Below are positions 30,228 through 40,715 of a stretch of DNA of 64,000 nucleotides, piece after piece (within the stretch, counting starts at the first letter, position 1; each line of letters begins with the position of its first letter). This stretch comes from an uncultured Chloroflexia bacterium (GTDB taxonomy: Bacteria; Chloroflexota; Limnocylindria; QHBO01): NCBI GenBank assembly GCA_963825525.1, contig CAWGTN010000003.1:32001-96000 (forward strand). The letters are read 5' to 3'. The position numbers and the translations under genes are program-made. The notes under the pieces are model-generated. The model saw only the letters and a program-made list of their open reading frames with translations, was not told where the DNA came from and ran no database searches.

Positions 30228-33221
30228 GTGACGCTCCGGCCCAAAACCGCTCCATTCGTCGGTCGAGCCCGGGAGCTCGAGCGCTTCGACGATGCGCTGC
30301 GTGGCGCCGAAGCCGACGCCTCGATCACGCTCGTCCTCATTGGCGAAGCGGGCATTGGCAAGTCGCGCCTGCTGCGCGAGTTCGAGCGACGCTCCCGTGA
30401 GCGTGGTTGGACGGTCATTTCGGGTGATTGCATTCAGGTCGGAGGTGGGGGCCACCCGTACGGGCCGATCGTCCAGGCGCTCGCCGGGTTGGTGGCCGAC
30501 ATCGGCGAGGATGCGCTCCTGGGCCTTGCACAGGTGACTCCGTCGCCGCTCGGCAGATTACTGCCTGGCCTTGCGGACCTCGAATCGCCCGTCGACCTCG
30601 ATGATCTCGATACCGCGCAATGGCGTCTTTTTGGATCGGTGCTGTCGCTCCTCGAGCGGATCGGGGAAGAGCGGGGCCTGGTATTCACGATCGACGACTT
30701 CCAGTGGGCCGACCCGTCGACGCGCGAGCTCGTGCAGTTCCTGGTCGCCGCGCTTCGCTCGCCGCGCGTTGTCCTTGTGCTCGCGGCCCGAAGGGGATCG
30801 GGCGAGGAGGGCGCCGGCTTGCCGTCGTTCCTTGGCGACCTATGGCGGCACGCACGAGTCGAGCGCGTGAACGTCGGCCAGTTCAATCGGAGCGAGGTGG
30901 CCGAGCAGATGGAAAGCCTTCGCGGCCGCCCGGTCGAGCGAGTGGACGTGGACGCCATGCTGGCACGTTCGGACGGCAATCCATTCTTCATCGAAGTCCT
31001 TGCCGGGGCGGCCGGGCGGGACGACGAACCGCTTCCGGCAACGCTCAAGGACGTCGTGATGAGCCGGATCAGCCAGCTCGACGAGGACGCCCGCACCGTC
31101 GTGGAGGTGGCGGCCATCGCGGGCAGGCTTGTCGACCACGATCTCCTGTCGGACGCGGCTGGCCTGCAGCCTGATCGGTTGTCGTCCGGCCTGCGTGGCG
31201 CTATCCACGCAGGGGTGCTGGACGTCGACTCAACCGGGGAGCGCTACGAGTTCCACCACGCTCTTCAGCAGGAGGCCGTCTACTCCCGCGTGTTGCCGGC
31301 GGATCGACGCCGGATGCACCTCGCATATGCTCAATTGCTCGCTGCCCGCCGCGGTGGTTCGGCGGCCGGTCGCGCAGCCGAGATTGCCCACCACCTCGAT
31401 TCGGCGCACGAGCCTGCAGAGGCGATCCCCGCGTTTGTGAGCGCAGCACGCGAAGCCATTCGCTTGTATGCGTTCCAGCAGGCTCTCGGCCAGATGGAAC
31501 GCGCGCTTGCCTTGATTGAGCTTCACCCCGACGTCGCCGATTCGTTGGGCATCGACCGGGTCGCTCTGCTGGCAATCGCGGCCGATGCAGCTTCGAACGG
31601 TGGTCTCGCCGAGCAGGCGATGAGCCTCGGTCGTCGGGCGGTTGACCTGAACGGTCAATCAGAGCCCCTTCGTCAGGCCCTGCTTCGAGAGCGGCTGGCG
31701 GACTACCTCGTCCAGGTCGGACAGATCGAAGGTGGTCTGTCCGAGCTCCGCTCGGCGGCGCGGCTCATCGAGTCGCAGCCCGCGGACGCGGAACGCGCCC
31801 GAATCGGTGCCGCCATGGCCCGCACGCTCATGCTCGCCTCCAATCTTACGGAAGCCGTCCCATTGGCCGAGCAAGCGATCGCATTGGCGAACCGATCATC
31901 CGCTCCTGCCGCGGAGGCGAGCGCGTTGATCACGCTCGGCGTGGCGCAGGCTGGACTGGGGAGGGTGGATGACGGCCTGGGTAACCTCCGACGGGGGCTC
32001 GAGGTCGCGGAAGAGGCGGGGGCAAGCGGCGAGGTTGCCCGCGCGTACTTGAACCTCAACTACGCCCTCTGGTCGACGGGCCACGTTCACGAAGCGCTAG
32101 AGATCGCGCAGGAGGGAATCCGGCACGCCCAAAGCCAGGGTGCGGAGTGGACGTGGGGCGTCACCTTGATGGCGGCCGTGGGAGAGCTCCTCTATGACCT
32201 CGGTCGCTGGACGGAGGCCGAGACGATGTTCCACGCCACGGCGGAGCGCCAAGCCTCAGGCACCGCGGAGATCGATTTTAGACGTTCCCTCGCCCAGCTT
32301 CGCATTGGGCAGGGCAGGCTGGACGAAGCGCGCGTGGAGATCCAACAGATGGACCGCCTGACTGAGTCGCTCGATCTGGCCGAGCACTCCACCTGGCAGG
32401 GATTTCTCCATGCGTCGCTCGCGGCGTGGTCCGGGGACTGGCGGGCCGCTCGGTCAGCCGCCGACGCGGCCATGGCTCAGATGCCGCCCGATGACCTCCC
32501 GTTCGAGGTTCCGCGACTTGCCGCTCTGGCCATCCGTGCCGACGCGGAGCTTGCGCTCCTTGCCGACGCGCATCGCAATCCGGGCCGTGCGGCAGAGGCA
32601 CGTGAACGGGCAGCTCGAACGGTCGAGATCGTCGAGCAGCTGGCCTCCACGCCGTCGGCCGCCGGAAATGTGCGACTTGCTGCCCAGGTCGCCCTCGTCA
32701 TGGCCGAGTCGTCGCGAGCCAGTGCCCTGTCCGATGCCGCCGCATGGGCTGACGCCACACGGTTGTTCGACGCGATTCCAATGCCGTTCGAAGCCGCATA
32801 TTGTCGGCTTCGTCACGCGGAGGTCCTCCTCGCGGAGCGGAAGCGCATGGTGGCGAGCGAGCTCCTCCATAAGGCGCACAAAGCCGCCGCGGGGTTGGGT
32901 GCAGCGGTGCTTGTTCATGAGATCAGCGGACTGGCGGCGCGTGCGAGGATCGACCTTGCGACGCAGCCGGCCCCGGAACGGGAGGTAGCGGCGGACGTGG
33001 CCAATCCGTTCGGCCTCACGGTCCGTGAGCTGGAGGTCCTTCGACTCTTGAGCCAGGGTCGTACCAATCGGCAGGTCGCGGCGGAGCTCTTCATCACCGT
33101 GAAGACCGCCAGCCTCCACGTCTCGAACATCTTGTCCAAGCTGGGCGTCGCGAACCGGGTCGAAGCGGCCGGTGTGGCCCATCGGCTGGGGCTCGACACG
33201 GCGGTCCAACTCCCGTCCTAG
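30228..33221 (+). CDS. Large ATP-binding LuxR regulator (AAA-TPR-HTH)
   Basis: FVGRARE, GEAGIGKS, IDDFQWAD, DGNPFF; C-terminal LTVRELEVL..KTASLHVSNILSKLGV. Confidence 0.93.
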   Translation: MTLRPKTAPFVGRARELERFDDALRGAEADASITLVLIGEAGIGKSRLLREFERRSRERGWTVISGDCIQVGGGGHPYGPIVQALAGLVADIGEDALLGLAQVTPSPLGRLLPGLADLESPVDLDDLDTAQWRLFGSVLSLLERIGEERGLVFTIDDFQWADPSTRELVQFLVAALRSPRVVLVLAARRGSGEEGAGLPSFLGDLWRHARVERVNVGQFNRSEVAEQMESLRGRPVERVDVDAMLARSDGNPFFIEVLAGAAGRDDEPLPATLKDVVMSRISQLDEDARTVVEVAAIAGRLVDHDLLSDAAGLQPDRLSSGLRGAIHAGVLDVDSTGERYEFHHALQQEAVYSRVLPADRRRMHLAYAQLLAARRGGSAAGRAAEIAHHLDSAHEPAEAIPAFVSAAREAIRLYAFQQALGQMERALALIELHPDVADSLGIDRVALLAIAADAASNGGLAEQAMSLGRRAVDLNGQSEPLRQALLRERLADYLVQVGQIEGGLSELRSAARLIESQPADAERARIGAAMARTLMLASNLTEAVPLAEQAIALANRSSAPAAEASALITLGVAQAGLGRVDDGLGNLRRGLEVAEEAGASGEVARAYLNLNYALWSTGHVHEALEIAQEGIRHAQSQGAEWTWGVTLMAAVGELLYDLGRWTEAETMFHATAERQASGTAEIDFRRSLAQLRIGQGRLDEARVEIQQMDRLTESLDLAEHSTWQGFLHASLAAWSGDWRAARSAADAAMAQMPPDDLPFEVPRLAALAIRADAELALLADAHRNPGRAAEARERAARTVEIVEQLASTPSAAGNVRLAAQVALVMAESSRASALSDAAAWADATRLFDAIPMPFEAAYCRLRHAEVLLAERKRMVASELLHKAHKAAAGLGAAVLVHEISGLAARARIDLATQPAPEREVAADVANPFGLTVRELEVLRLLSQGRTNRQVAAELFITVKTASLHVSNILSKLGVANRVEAAGVAHRLGLDTAVQLPS

Positions 33222-33350
33222 GCATGCCCGGAGCCGAGAACTGGGCGTCGGGGCAGCCATGTTGCTGGGCATCCGCCCGAGGCGATGTCGCGTCGTTGCC
33301 GGTCCTATGGGTCTCACGCCAATCGGCGTCGTACCAATGGAGGGCTCGAC

Positions 33351-34436
33351 ATGGGCGACCGGCTTCATCGATGGCGCGGACACCGCGTCATCAGCTTCGT
33401 CTCGGCGGTGGTACTCGTGATAGTCACGGGAGGGACAGCCCTTGCCCACGCACCGATCAGCGGACAGAAGGCCTACGCGGACTATCTCGACCTGCCGTAC
33501 CGTTTCGCGACCGGCACCCCGACGTGGGTGTCTTCGACCGTCCGGACCGTCTTCGAGACCGACTACCCCGACGCGAACTACAACAACACGCGGATGCCGC
33601 AGTTCGTGTACTCCACCAGCGCTGCGGCCCACGTCTGGTTCGTCGCCGACTCGACGTCGCCATGCAGTGGGTCAGACACATGGCTCATGTGCGCGGACAA
33701 CGACTGGGACGGCGACGGCAACCGGGCCGAGCAGGATTGGCGGATCTACGTTCGCGACGTTGAGAACGCCCCGGTCTACTTCAGTGGAACGCGTGCGGCC
33801 TGGCTACAGCAGACCGGCGCGTGCCCGTCCGGGCGGTTGTGCTTCGATGCGCGCCGTGCCTTCATCCACGAGATCCTCCATGTGACGCTCAGCGCTCCGC
33901 ACAACGAACAGGGCCAGGCGTATTCCGTGATGTCGGCGGCGACGCCGAACAGCCCGAAGAGTGGGTGGAACATCCACCACATCCAGCCCTGCGACGAGGC
34001 CGCCGCACAGCTGCTGTACGACCTCTCCTACACCGGCGGGCAGTACTCCGACTGCTTCGACCACCTGGCCAATGCCGTTTCTCAGGGTCTCGACAGCAAC
34101 CTCACCGTGGGAGCATCCGGCTACGGCGACTGCCTCGGAACCGGCGTCACGGCGAGCGGACGCCTGGAGATCACCAATTACAGCAGCTACAAGTTGCTCG
34201 CCGCAAATCCACTGACAAACCGCTCGATCTCCATTGACCGACGGCTCAAGGGATCGACGACCTGGACCACCATCACGACCGCGGTGGCCTCCAGCGCCTC
34301 CGGAAACAACTGGTCCAAGGTCTTCTCGTCAACCAGCGCGGGAACCTGGGAGTACCGCGCGCGATACCTCGGAGAGTCCGGTGTTGGACCGGCCACCTCG
34401 GCGATCTTCACGATCACATGGACCAAGGCATGTTGA
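33351..34436 (+). CDS. Secreted metzincin-like zinc metalloprotease with beta-rich C-terminal domain
   Basis: Signal peptide ending TALA; HEILHVTLSAPH plus SVM Met-turn; Cys-rich; GGAGGG RBS. Confidence 0.7.
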   Translation: MGDRLHRWRGHRVISFVSAVVLVIVTGGTALAHAPISGQKAYADYLDLPYRFATGTPTWVSSTVRTVFETDYPDANYNNTRMPQFVYSTSAAAHVWFVADSTSPCSGSDTWLMCADNDWDGDGNRAEQDWRIYVRDVENAPVYFSGTRAAWLQQTGACPSGRLCFDARRAFIHEILHVTLSAPHNEQGQAYSVMSAATPNSPKSGWNIHHIQPCDEAAAQLLYDLSYTGGQYSDCFDHLANAVSQGLDSNLTVGASGYGDCLGTGVTASGRLEITNYSSYKLLAANPLTNRSISIDRRLKGSTTWTTITTAVASSASGNNWSKVFSSTSAGTWEYRARYLGESGVGPATSAIFTITWTKAC

Positions 34437-34461
34437 TGACTCGACTCATCGACTGAACGGC

Positions 34462-34491
34462 AGACGCCCGGGGCACGCGCCTCGGGCGTCT
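34462..34491 (+). terminator. Hairpin, probable terminator
   Basis: AGACGCCCGGGGC-ACGC-GCCTCGGGCGTCT. Confidence 0.6.
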
Positions 34492-34520
34492 CCGCGGCGC
34501 TACCTCAAGGGCGGGCACTT

Positions 34521-34665
34521 CTTCGACACTTCGATGAGTTTTCCACCGGGATGGGTGCCGAGGCGCGGTTCCCGCGATCTATCGAGGGCTACCGAGCGTG
34601 AGATGCGCATCGGCGTGCAGTTTCTCGCGCCACACCCACTCGATCTATCGAGGATTCGGCGCGTC
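34521..34665. repeat. Intergenic repeat family B, copy 3
   Basis: Boxes at 34523, 34574, 34640; about 130 nt nearly identical to copy 2. Confidence 0.85.
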
Positions 34666-34810
34666 CACAAGCTCCCTCAGGGAGTGCGAGATGCTCGGCT
34701 TCCTCCTGTCGGCGGGCATCTCCCGCTCTCACCAGTACCACGAACGGTCCACCACGAGATCGACATCGGTCCCATTGGACGGTCACCGGATTGAGGTTCA
34801 TGCTGGTCCA

Positions 34811-35302
34811 ATGCGCATCGGACGTGTGCTCCTCGGAGCGCTTCTTCTCACACTGACCATCGCGTCACCGGCACCGGCGCCCGTGGCCGCAGACAATGGC
34901 CTCCACGCGAAGGTGGCGGCGGCCTACTTCCCGCGGTACGCGGATTCCGAGCTCCATGCGATCGCGCACGAGCGTGTCGCAGAGCTGGCCGCGTGCCAAT
35001 GCCTCAGCCACGACGGCGCACGGGGCGGTGCGGAGGTGATCGGCTACAACAGTGGCATGCCCGATCCGGCCGGCTCCGTGGTGAGGGCGTGGCAGAACAG
35101 CGCAGGGCACCACGCGATCCTGTCGGACACCTCCTACGGACGCATCGGCTGCGCGGAGCTGAATGACGGGACGCGCCACTGGTTCGCTTGCGTGCTGGCC
35201 CGCGGACCGCTGCCGCCGGCGGTTGCAGCGGCCCCACCACCGCCAGCCACCACCAACCCCGGGCCGATCCTGCTGCCGAACACGGCGCTGCCGGCTCCCT
35301 GA
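34811..35302 (+). CDS. Secreted CAP/SCP-domain protein
   Basis: Signal peptide; AEVIGYN..WQNSAGHHAIL..YGRIGC. Confidence 0.8.
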   Translation: MRIGRVLLGALLLTLTIASPAPAPVAADNGLHAKVAAAYFPRYADSELHAIAHERVAELAACQCLSHDGARGGAEVIGYNSGMPDPAGSVVRAWQNSAGHHAILSDTSYGRIGCAELNDGTRHWFACVLARGPLPPAVAAAPPPPATTNPGPILLPNTALPAP

Positions 35303-35303
35303 G

Positions 35304-35669
35304 GTGACCGGATCCGAGGCGATCGACGCCTATCTGGCCGCTCAGCCGGAGCCCCAGCGCCAGGCACTCGAGCGCCTCCGCAGCCTCATTCTGTCGCTCG
35401 TTCCCGAAGCCGAGCAGACGATCAGCTACGCCATTCCGGCATTCAAGCTCAACGGCAAGGGCGTCATCTGGATTGCCGGATGGAAGGCTCACTGCAGCAT
35501 CTATCCGCTGTCCGATGCGTTTCTCGAGGCGCACCGTCGCGAGCTGGACGGATACGGCATCGGCAAGGGAACGCTGCGCTTTCCCCCGGATGGGCCTCCG
35601 CCGGATGCGCTTCTGATGGCCCTCGTGAAGGACCGACTGACGGAGATCGCTGCCGAGTCGGCAGGCTGA
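35304..35669 (+). CDS. DUF1801 (YdhG-like) protein
   Basis: IDAYLAA..ISYAIPAFK..HCSIYP..KGTLRF. Confidence 0.85.
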   Translation: MTGSEAIDAYLAAQPEPQRQALERLRSLILSLVPEAEQTISYAIPAFKLNGKGVIWIAGWKAHCSIYPLSDAFLEAHRRELDGYGIGKGTLRFPPDGPPPDALLMALVKDRLTEIAAESAG

Positions 35670-35673
35670 CCGC

Positions 35674-36135
35674 CTACTCCTCGCCGATGTCCTCGTTCCA
35701 GATATCGGGGTGGGTCGCGATGAACTCGTTCATGAGGTCCACGCACTCCTGGGAGTCGAGGTTGATCACCTCCACGCCCCGCTGCCGCAGATAGTCCTCG
35801 CCGCCCACGAACGTCCGGTTCTCGCCCATCACCACGCGTGGAATCCCGTAGAGCAGGATCGCGCCGGTGCACATGTCGCACGGCGAGAGGGTCGTGTACA
35901 TCGTCGACTGCCGGTAGACCGACGCGGGCAGCCGCCCGCCATTCTCGAGGGCGTCGGTCTCGCCATGGCGGATTGCGCTGTTGTGCTGGACGCGGCGGTT
36001 GTGGCCGACGGCCAGCACGGTGCCGTCATCGGCGACCAGGGCGCCGCCGATCGGGACTCCACCCTCATCACGCCCGATCTTTGCCTGCTCAATGGCGTGC
36101 TGCAGTCCGGCATGGTCGCGGTCAACGGTCTCCAT
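35674..36135 (-). CDS. Nucleoside/cytosine deaminase
   Basis: EGGVPIG, RHGE, YTTLSPCDMC, WNEDIG. Confidence 0.92.
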   Translation of the reverse strand: METVDRDHAGLQHAIEQAKIGRDEGGVPIGGALVADDGTVLAVGHNRRVQHNSAIRHGETDALENGGRLPASVYRQSTMYTTLSPCDMCTGAILLYGIPRVVMGENRTFVGGEDYLRQRGVEVINLDSQECVDLMNEFIATHPDIWNEDIGEE

Positions 36136-36155
36136 CGGTCCTCCTGTGGGGTTGG

Positions 36156-37070
36156 TCAGCTGCGTCGGTATGGCTTCAGATAGGCGCCGGGATAGGCGAC
36201 GTTGCGGCCCGACAGGGCCAGGGCGGCGATCACCACCAGGTAGGGGAGCGCGAGCAGCAGCTCGAAGGGCAGCGCGCTGAACTCCGGCAGGATCCTGAGG
36301 CGGAACTGCAGCGAGAAGATGAGCGAGAAGAGGAGCGCCCCGATGACGCCGCGCCCGATCCGCCAGCGGCCGAAGATGACAAGCGCCACGCACACCCAGC
36401 CGCGGCCGGCAATGATGTCCAGGGTGAAGCTGCCGAGCAGCGCCAGCGTGATGAAGGCACCGCCGACGGCCATGAGTGCTCCGCCGATCATGATCGCCAG
36501 GTAGCGCGTGCGCGTGACGTTGACGCCGGCGGCATCGGCGGCCTCTGGGTTCTCTCCAACCGCGCGGATCTCGAGCCCGAAGCTGGATCGCTGGAGCAGC
36601 CACCAGGCCGCCGGGACCACGACGAGGAATGCAACCCAGGTCAGCGCGTACTGGTCGAAGACTGCGCCGAGCTCACCCAGAGCGCCGAACGGGTTGACGA
36701 TCGACATCGGTTCGATGCGCTGGAGCTCACCCCCCTGGAAGATCAGCCGGTTCGCGAACTCGGACAGGCCGATGAGGCCGATGGTCAGGCCGATGCCCGA
36801 GACGTGCTGGTTCGCACCGAAGGTCACCGTCAGGAGCGCCATGACGGCCCCGGCGCCGATGCCCACGGCGATCGCCGCCACCAGCCCGACGAGCGGCGAC
36901 CCGGTTGCCCAGGCCGTGGCGAAGCCGGCAAAGGCTCCCGCGTACATCGTTCCCTCGATGCCGAGGTTGAGCACGCCGCTGCGCTCCGAGTAGGTCTCGC
37001 CCACGGTCCCGTACACGAGCGGGGTCGCGTTGCGAAGCGTGGCCGCAAGGAGATCGAAGAGGAAGTTCAT
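36156..37070 (-). CDS. Nucleoside ABC transporter permease
   Basis: ERSGVLNLGIEG, GENPEAADAAG, AGRGWV. Confidence 0.92.
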   Translation of the reverse strand: MNFLFDLLAATLRNATPLVYGTVGETYSERSGVLNLGIEGTMYAGAFAGFATAWATGSPLVGLVAAIAVGIGAGAVMALLTVTFGANQHVSGIGLTIGLIGLSEFANRLIFQGGELQRIEPMSIVNPFGALGELGAVFDQYALTWVAFLVVVPAAWWLLQRSSFGLEIRAVGENPEAADAAGVNVTRTRYLAIMIGGALMAVGGAFITLALLGSFTLDIIAGRGWVCVALVIFGRWRIGRGVIGALLFSLIFSLQFRLRILPEFSALPFELLLALPYLVVIAALALSGRNVAYPGAYLKPYRRS

Positions 37071-38134
37071 CCGGATGCCACCTCGGCCGGCGCGGTGGTG
37101 GCCGCGGGTCGTCTCGTGCGGTGGCGCCGGAGGGTGAGGAGCGCGATGGTCGTGAGCAGGAGCACGCCCTGGACGACCGCACCGAGCTGGGTGGGGATTC
37201 CCATCGTCCGTGCGGCCGAGCTGGCCCCCACCGTGAGGTCGCCCAGGAACAGTCCGGCCAGCGCCACGCCCGGCATGCTGAGCGTCCCGAGCGTGGCGAC
37301 CACGATGCCCGTGTAGCCATAGCCCGGTGACAGGCCGCTGGTGAGCCGATTCTGGATACCGGCCACCTCGCTCACGCCGGCCAGGCCGGCGATGGCACCG
37401 CTCACGAGCGCCGCCCCGAGCAGTGTCCGCGAGACGTTGATCCCGGCGAACCGGGCGCCATGGGGACTCAGTCCTGCGGCTCGCAGCCGCAGGCCCGCCG
37501 GGGTGCGCGCCAGGACGTACCAGGCAACCGCGATCACAGCGATCGCGAGCACGAATCCAAGGTGGAGCCGCGACCGATCGATGAGGGTCGGGAACTCGGC
37601 CGAGGCGGCGATCCGCTCCGACTCCGGGAAGCCGGTCGCCGGGTCGCGCCACGGACCGTGGAGCAGGCCGTTGACGAAGAGCAGCGCCACCGGGTTGAGG
37701 AGCAGCGTCGTCACCACTTCGTCGATCCCGAAGCGGACGCGCAGCAGTGCGGGCACGATGGCCCACGCGGCTCCGGCCAGAGCTCCACCCACGATCATGA
37801 TCGGCAGGGCGAGCAGCGGCGGCAGATCGCCGACCAACGTCCCGATGCCCGCGGCGGCGACCGCCCCCAGCAGCAGCTGCCCCTCCGCGCCGATGTTCCA
37901 GTACCCGGCCCGGAAGGCGATCGCGACGGCGGCACCGGTCAGCAGGATCGGTGTGGCGCTGACCAGCACCTCGAGCAGCGTGAATCCGGACGTCAGCGGC
38001 ACCACCAGGTATGCCGCGTAGGCCGCGATCGGATTGGCTCCGGCAAGGAGGATCGGCCCGGCCGTGATCAGGAACGTGATGACGACGGCGCCGGCGATCA
38101 GGACCGGCGTGGACCAGGGCGAGATGCGAGTCAT
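37067..38134 (-). CDS. Nucleoside ABC transporter permease
   Basis: WNIGAEGQ, EVVTTLLLN, GYGYTGIVVA. Confidence 0.92.
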   Translation of the reverse strand: MTRISPWSTPVLIAGAVVITFLITAGPILLAGANPIAAYAAYLVVPLTSGFTLLEVLVSATPILLTGAAVAIAFRAGYWNIGAEGQLLLGAVAAAGIGTLVGDLPPLLALPIMIVGGALAGAAWAIVPALLRVRFGIDEVVTTLLLNPVALLFVNGLLHGPWRDPATGFPESERIAASAEFPTLIDRSRLHLGFVLAIAVIAVAWYVLARTPAGLRLRAAGLSPHGARFAGINVSRTLLGAALVSGAIAGLAGVSEVAGIQNRLTSGLSPGYGYTGIVVATLGTLSMPGVALAGLFLGDLTVGASSAARTMGIPTQLGAVVQGVLLLTTIALLTLRRHRTRRPAATTAPAEVASG

Positions 38135-39639
38135 GCGGCCCTGCCGCGGCCGGCCATGAGCATGCCCAGCTCGGCGAGATCCGCGCCGGACACCGGCATC
38201 GCGCCCACGATGCGTCCCTCGTACAGCACCACGAGGCGATCGGCCAAGGCCAGGAGCTCGTCGAGGTCCTCGGACACCAGGAGGATGGCCGCCCCGTCCG
38301 CACGACGGGCCAGAAGCTGGGAGCGCACGTACTCGGTGGCGCCGATGTCCAGGCCCCTGGTGGGCTGCGACACGATGATGACCCTGGGATCGCGCGACAG
38401 GACGCGAGCCAGGAGCACCTTCTGGATGTTGCCGCCGGACAGGGCCGCGACCGGGTCGTCGGGCCGGGCACGGATGTCGAAGCGCGCGATGAGGTCAGCC
38501 GCATGGTCCCCGATGCGCCGCTCGTCGATACGTCCGCCCCGTCGGAAGTCGTCGAGGTGCTCGAGTACCAGGTTGTAGGCGACCGACAGATCACCCACCA
38601 GACTCGCGTGCCGGTCCTCGGGAATGCGGCCGATCCCGGCCAGCATCATGCCCCGCGGGTCCGCGCCGGTGAGATCGGTCCCGTCGACCTCGATCCGTCC
38701 AGCGGTTGACCGACGCATGCCGGCCAGCACGTCCATGAGCTCGGTCTGGCCATTGCCGGACACTCCGGCCACGCCAACGATCTCGCCGCGCCCGACCTCG
38801 AGGCTCACGTCCTTCAACGCGGCGAGCCCGTGCGCGCCCGACGCGCTCAGCCCGCTGATCCGGAGGACCGGTGGGGTGGTGGCCGGTGGCGCATCGTCCA
38901 CGCGCTTCACTCCGAAGCTCGGCCGGCCGACCATCATGCTGGCGAGCTCGCGCTCATCGGTCTGCCCGTCGACCGTCTCGACCAGGCGCCCGCGCCGCAG
39001 GACGCTGACCCGGTCGCTGATGGCGCGCACCTCGGCCAGCTTGTGGCTGATGAACACCACCGACAGCCCGTTGGCCACCAGCGAGCGCAGCGTGGCGAAG
39101 AGCGCCTCCACCTCGCCGGGAACGAGCACGGCGGTGGGCTCATCAAGGATGAGGACCCGGCAGTCACGGGACAGCGCCTTGAGGATCTCCACGCGCTGCT
39201 GCTGGCCGACCGAGAGATCCTCGATCCGGGCATCGGGATCGACGCGCATGCCGAAGCGATCCGCGGCATCGGCCGCACCGCGCCGCGCCTCCGCCAGGTC
39301 CAGCCGCAGGCTGCTGGCTCGCCCCAGCACCAGGTTCTCGGCGACCGTCATCGGGCCGACCAGGGCGAAGTGCTGGGTCACCATCCCGACCCCGGCCTCG
39401 ATCGCGTCCTTTGGAGATCGGACGTTCAGCTGCCGGCCCGCCACGAGAATCTCGCCGGCATCGGCCTGGGTCAGTCCGTAGGCGATCCGCATGACCGTCG
39501 TCTTGCCGGCGCCGTTCTCGCCGAGGAGGGCGTGGACCTCGCCGCCGCGGACGTCGAAGTCCACGGCGTCGTTGGCGACGAGGTCACCGAATCGCTTGGT
39601 GATCCCGCGCAGCTCCAGTGCCGGAGAGGTGGCGGTCAC
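38131..39639 (-). CDS. Nucleoside ABC transporter ATP-binding protein (two ABC domains)
   Basis: GENGAGKT, LSVGQQQRVE, LSGGNIQK, QPTRGLD. Confidence 0.95.
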   Translation of the reverse strand: MTATSPALELRGITKRFGDLVANDAVDFDVRGGEVHALLGENGAGKTTVMRIAYGLTQADAGEILVAGRQLNVRSPKDAIEAGVGMVTQHFALVGPMTVAENLVLGRASSLRLDLAEARRGAADAADRFGMRVDPDARIEDLSVGQQQRVEILKALSRDCRVLILDEPTAVLVPGEVEALFATLRSLVANGLSVVFISHKLAEVRAISDRVSVLRRGRLVETVDGQTDERELASMMVGRPSFGVKRVDDAPPATTPPVLRISGLSASGAHGLAALKDVSLEVGRGEIVGVAGVSGNGQTELMDVLAGMRRSTAGRIEVDGTDLTGADPRGMMLAGIGRIPEDRHASLVGDLSVAYNLVLEHLDDFRRGGRIDERRIGDHAADLIARFDIRARPDDPVAALSGGNIQKVLLARVLSRDPRVIIVSQPTRGLDIGATEYVRSQLLARRADGAAILLVSEDLDELLALADRLVVLYEGRIVGAMPVSGADLAELGMLMAGRGRAA

Positions 39640-39650
39640 GCGGCTGCCGG

Positions 39651-40715
39651 CTACGCGTCCGGGATGGTGGAGCCCGGAGGCGTTCCCTCGTTGATGTCGA
39701 CCCGGAACGTGCCGGCCTTGATCTCGGCCTCGCGATCCGAGACCTGGGTGGCGAGCTCGTCGGGGATGCCACCCGGCACGTCGGTGTTGATCTCGGCCAG
39801 GGCGGCGCCGCCCTTGCCGACCATCGAGAAGTCCTTGAGGTCCTGCGAGGTATAAGAGCCCGCGATGACCTGGTCGATCACATAGGCCACGGTGGGTTCC
39901 ATGTTCCAGGTCACGCTGGTCGCGACGTTGCCGGGTGCCAGGTCCTTCTGGTCGCTCATGTTGCCGATGGCGACGAGGTCGCTCTCCTGCGCCGCCTCGA
40001 TGACGCCGAATCGCTCGGCATACAGGACGTCGGCGCCAGCACCGATCTGGGCCGATGCCGCCTCCTTGGCAGCGGCGGGATCAAACCAGCTGTTGAGGAA
40101 GGTGACCTTGACCTCGACGTCCGGGTTCGTCTCCTGGGCACCGGCGATGAACGCATTGACGATGCGGTTCACCTCGGGCACGGGATAGCCGCCGACGACG
40201 CCGATGACGTTGGACTCTGTGACGCCTCCGGCGAGCATGCCGGCCAGGTACGCCGGCTCATGGATCCAGTTGTCGAAGACGCTGAAGTTCGGTTCAGCGG
40301 GCCCACCGCCCGATCCGAATACGAATGCGATATCGGGGAAGTCGGCCGCAACCGCGCGCGCGGCCTCCTCGTTGCCGAAGGCGTCGCCAAAGATGATGTC
40401 GGGCTGGTCCTGCTCGGCGGTCTCGCGCAGCACGCGTTCCATGTCGCCGGAATAGCCGATGTCGTCGGTGAACGTGTACGAGATGCGGCCGGCATCGGCC
40501 TCGGCCTGGAGGGCGCTGTGGATGACGCCGTCCCAGGGTTCCTCGATCTGGGTTGCGTAGGCGCCGAAGACGGTGACGGTGTCGCCGTCACCTCCGCCCC
40601 CGCTGGATGCGGTCCCGCCGCACGCGCTCAATAGCAGCAGTGCACTGAATGCAACGGCCAGCGGTACGCTGAACCGGCTCTGATCGGGGAGTACGTGAGT
40701 GCGTGAAACGTCCAT
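39651..40715 (-). CDS. BMP-family ABC substrate-binding lipoprotein
   Basis: LSAC lipobox; EPAYLAGMLAG, SWFDP. Confidence 0.92.
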   Translation of the reverse strand: MDVSRTHVLPDQSRFSVPLAVAFSALLLLSACGGTASSGGGGDGDTVTVFGAYATQIEEPWDGVIHSALQAEADAGRISYTFTDDIGYSGDMERVLRETAEQDQPDIIFGDAFGNEEAARAVAADFPDIAFVFGSGGGPAEPNFSVFDNWIHEPAYLAGMLAGGVTESNVIGVVGGYPVPEVNRIVNAFIAGAQETNPDVEVKVTFLNSWFDPAAAKEAASAQIGAGADVLYAERFGVIEAAQESDLVAIGNMSDQKDLAPGNVATSVTWNMEPTVAYVIDQVIAGSYTSQDLKDFSMVGKGGAALAEINTDVPGGIPDELATQVSDREAEIKAGTFRVDINEGTPPGSTIPDA

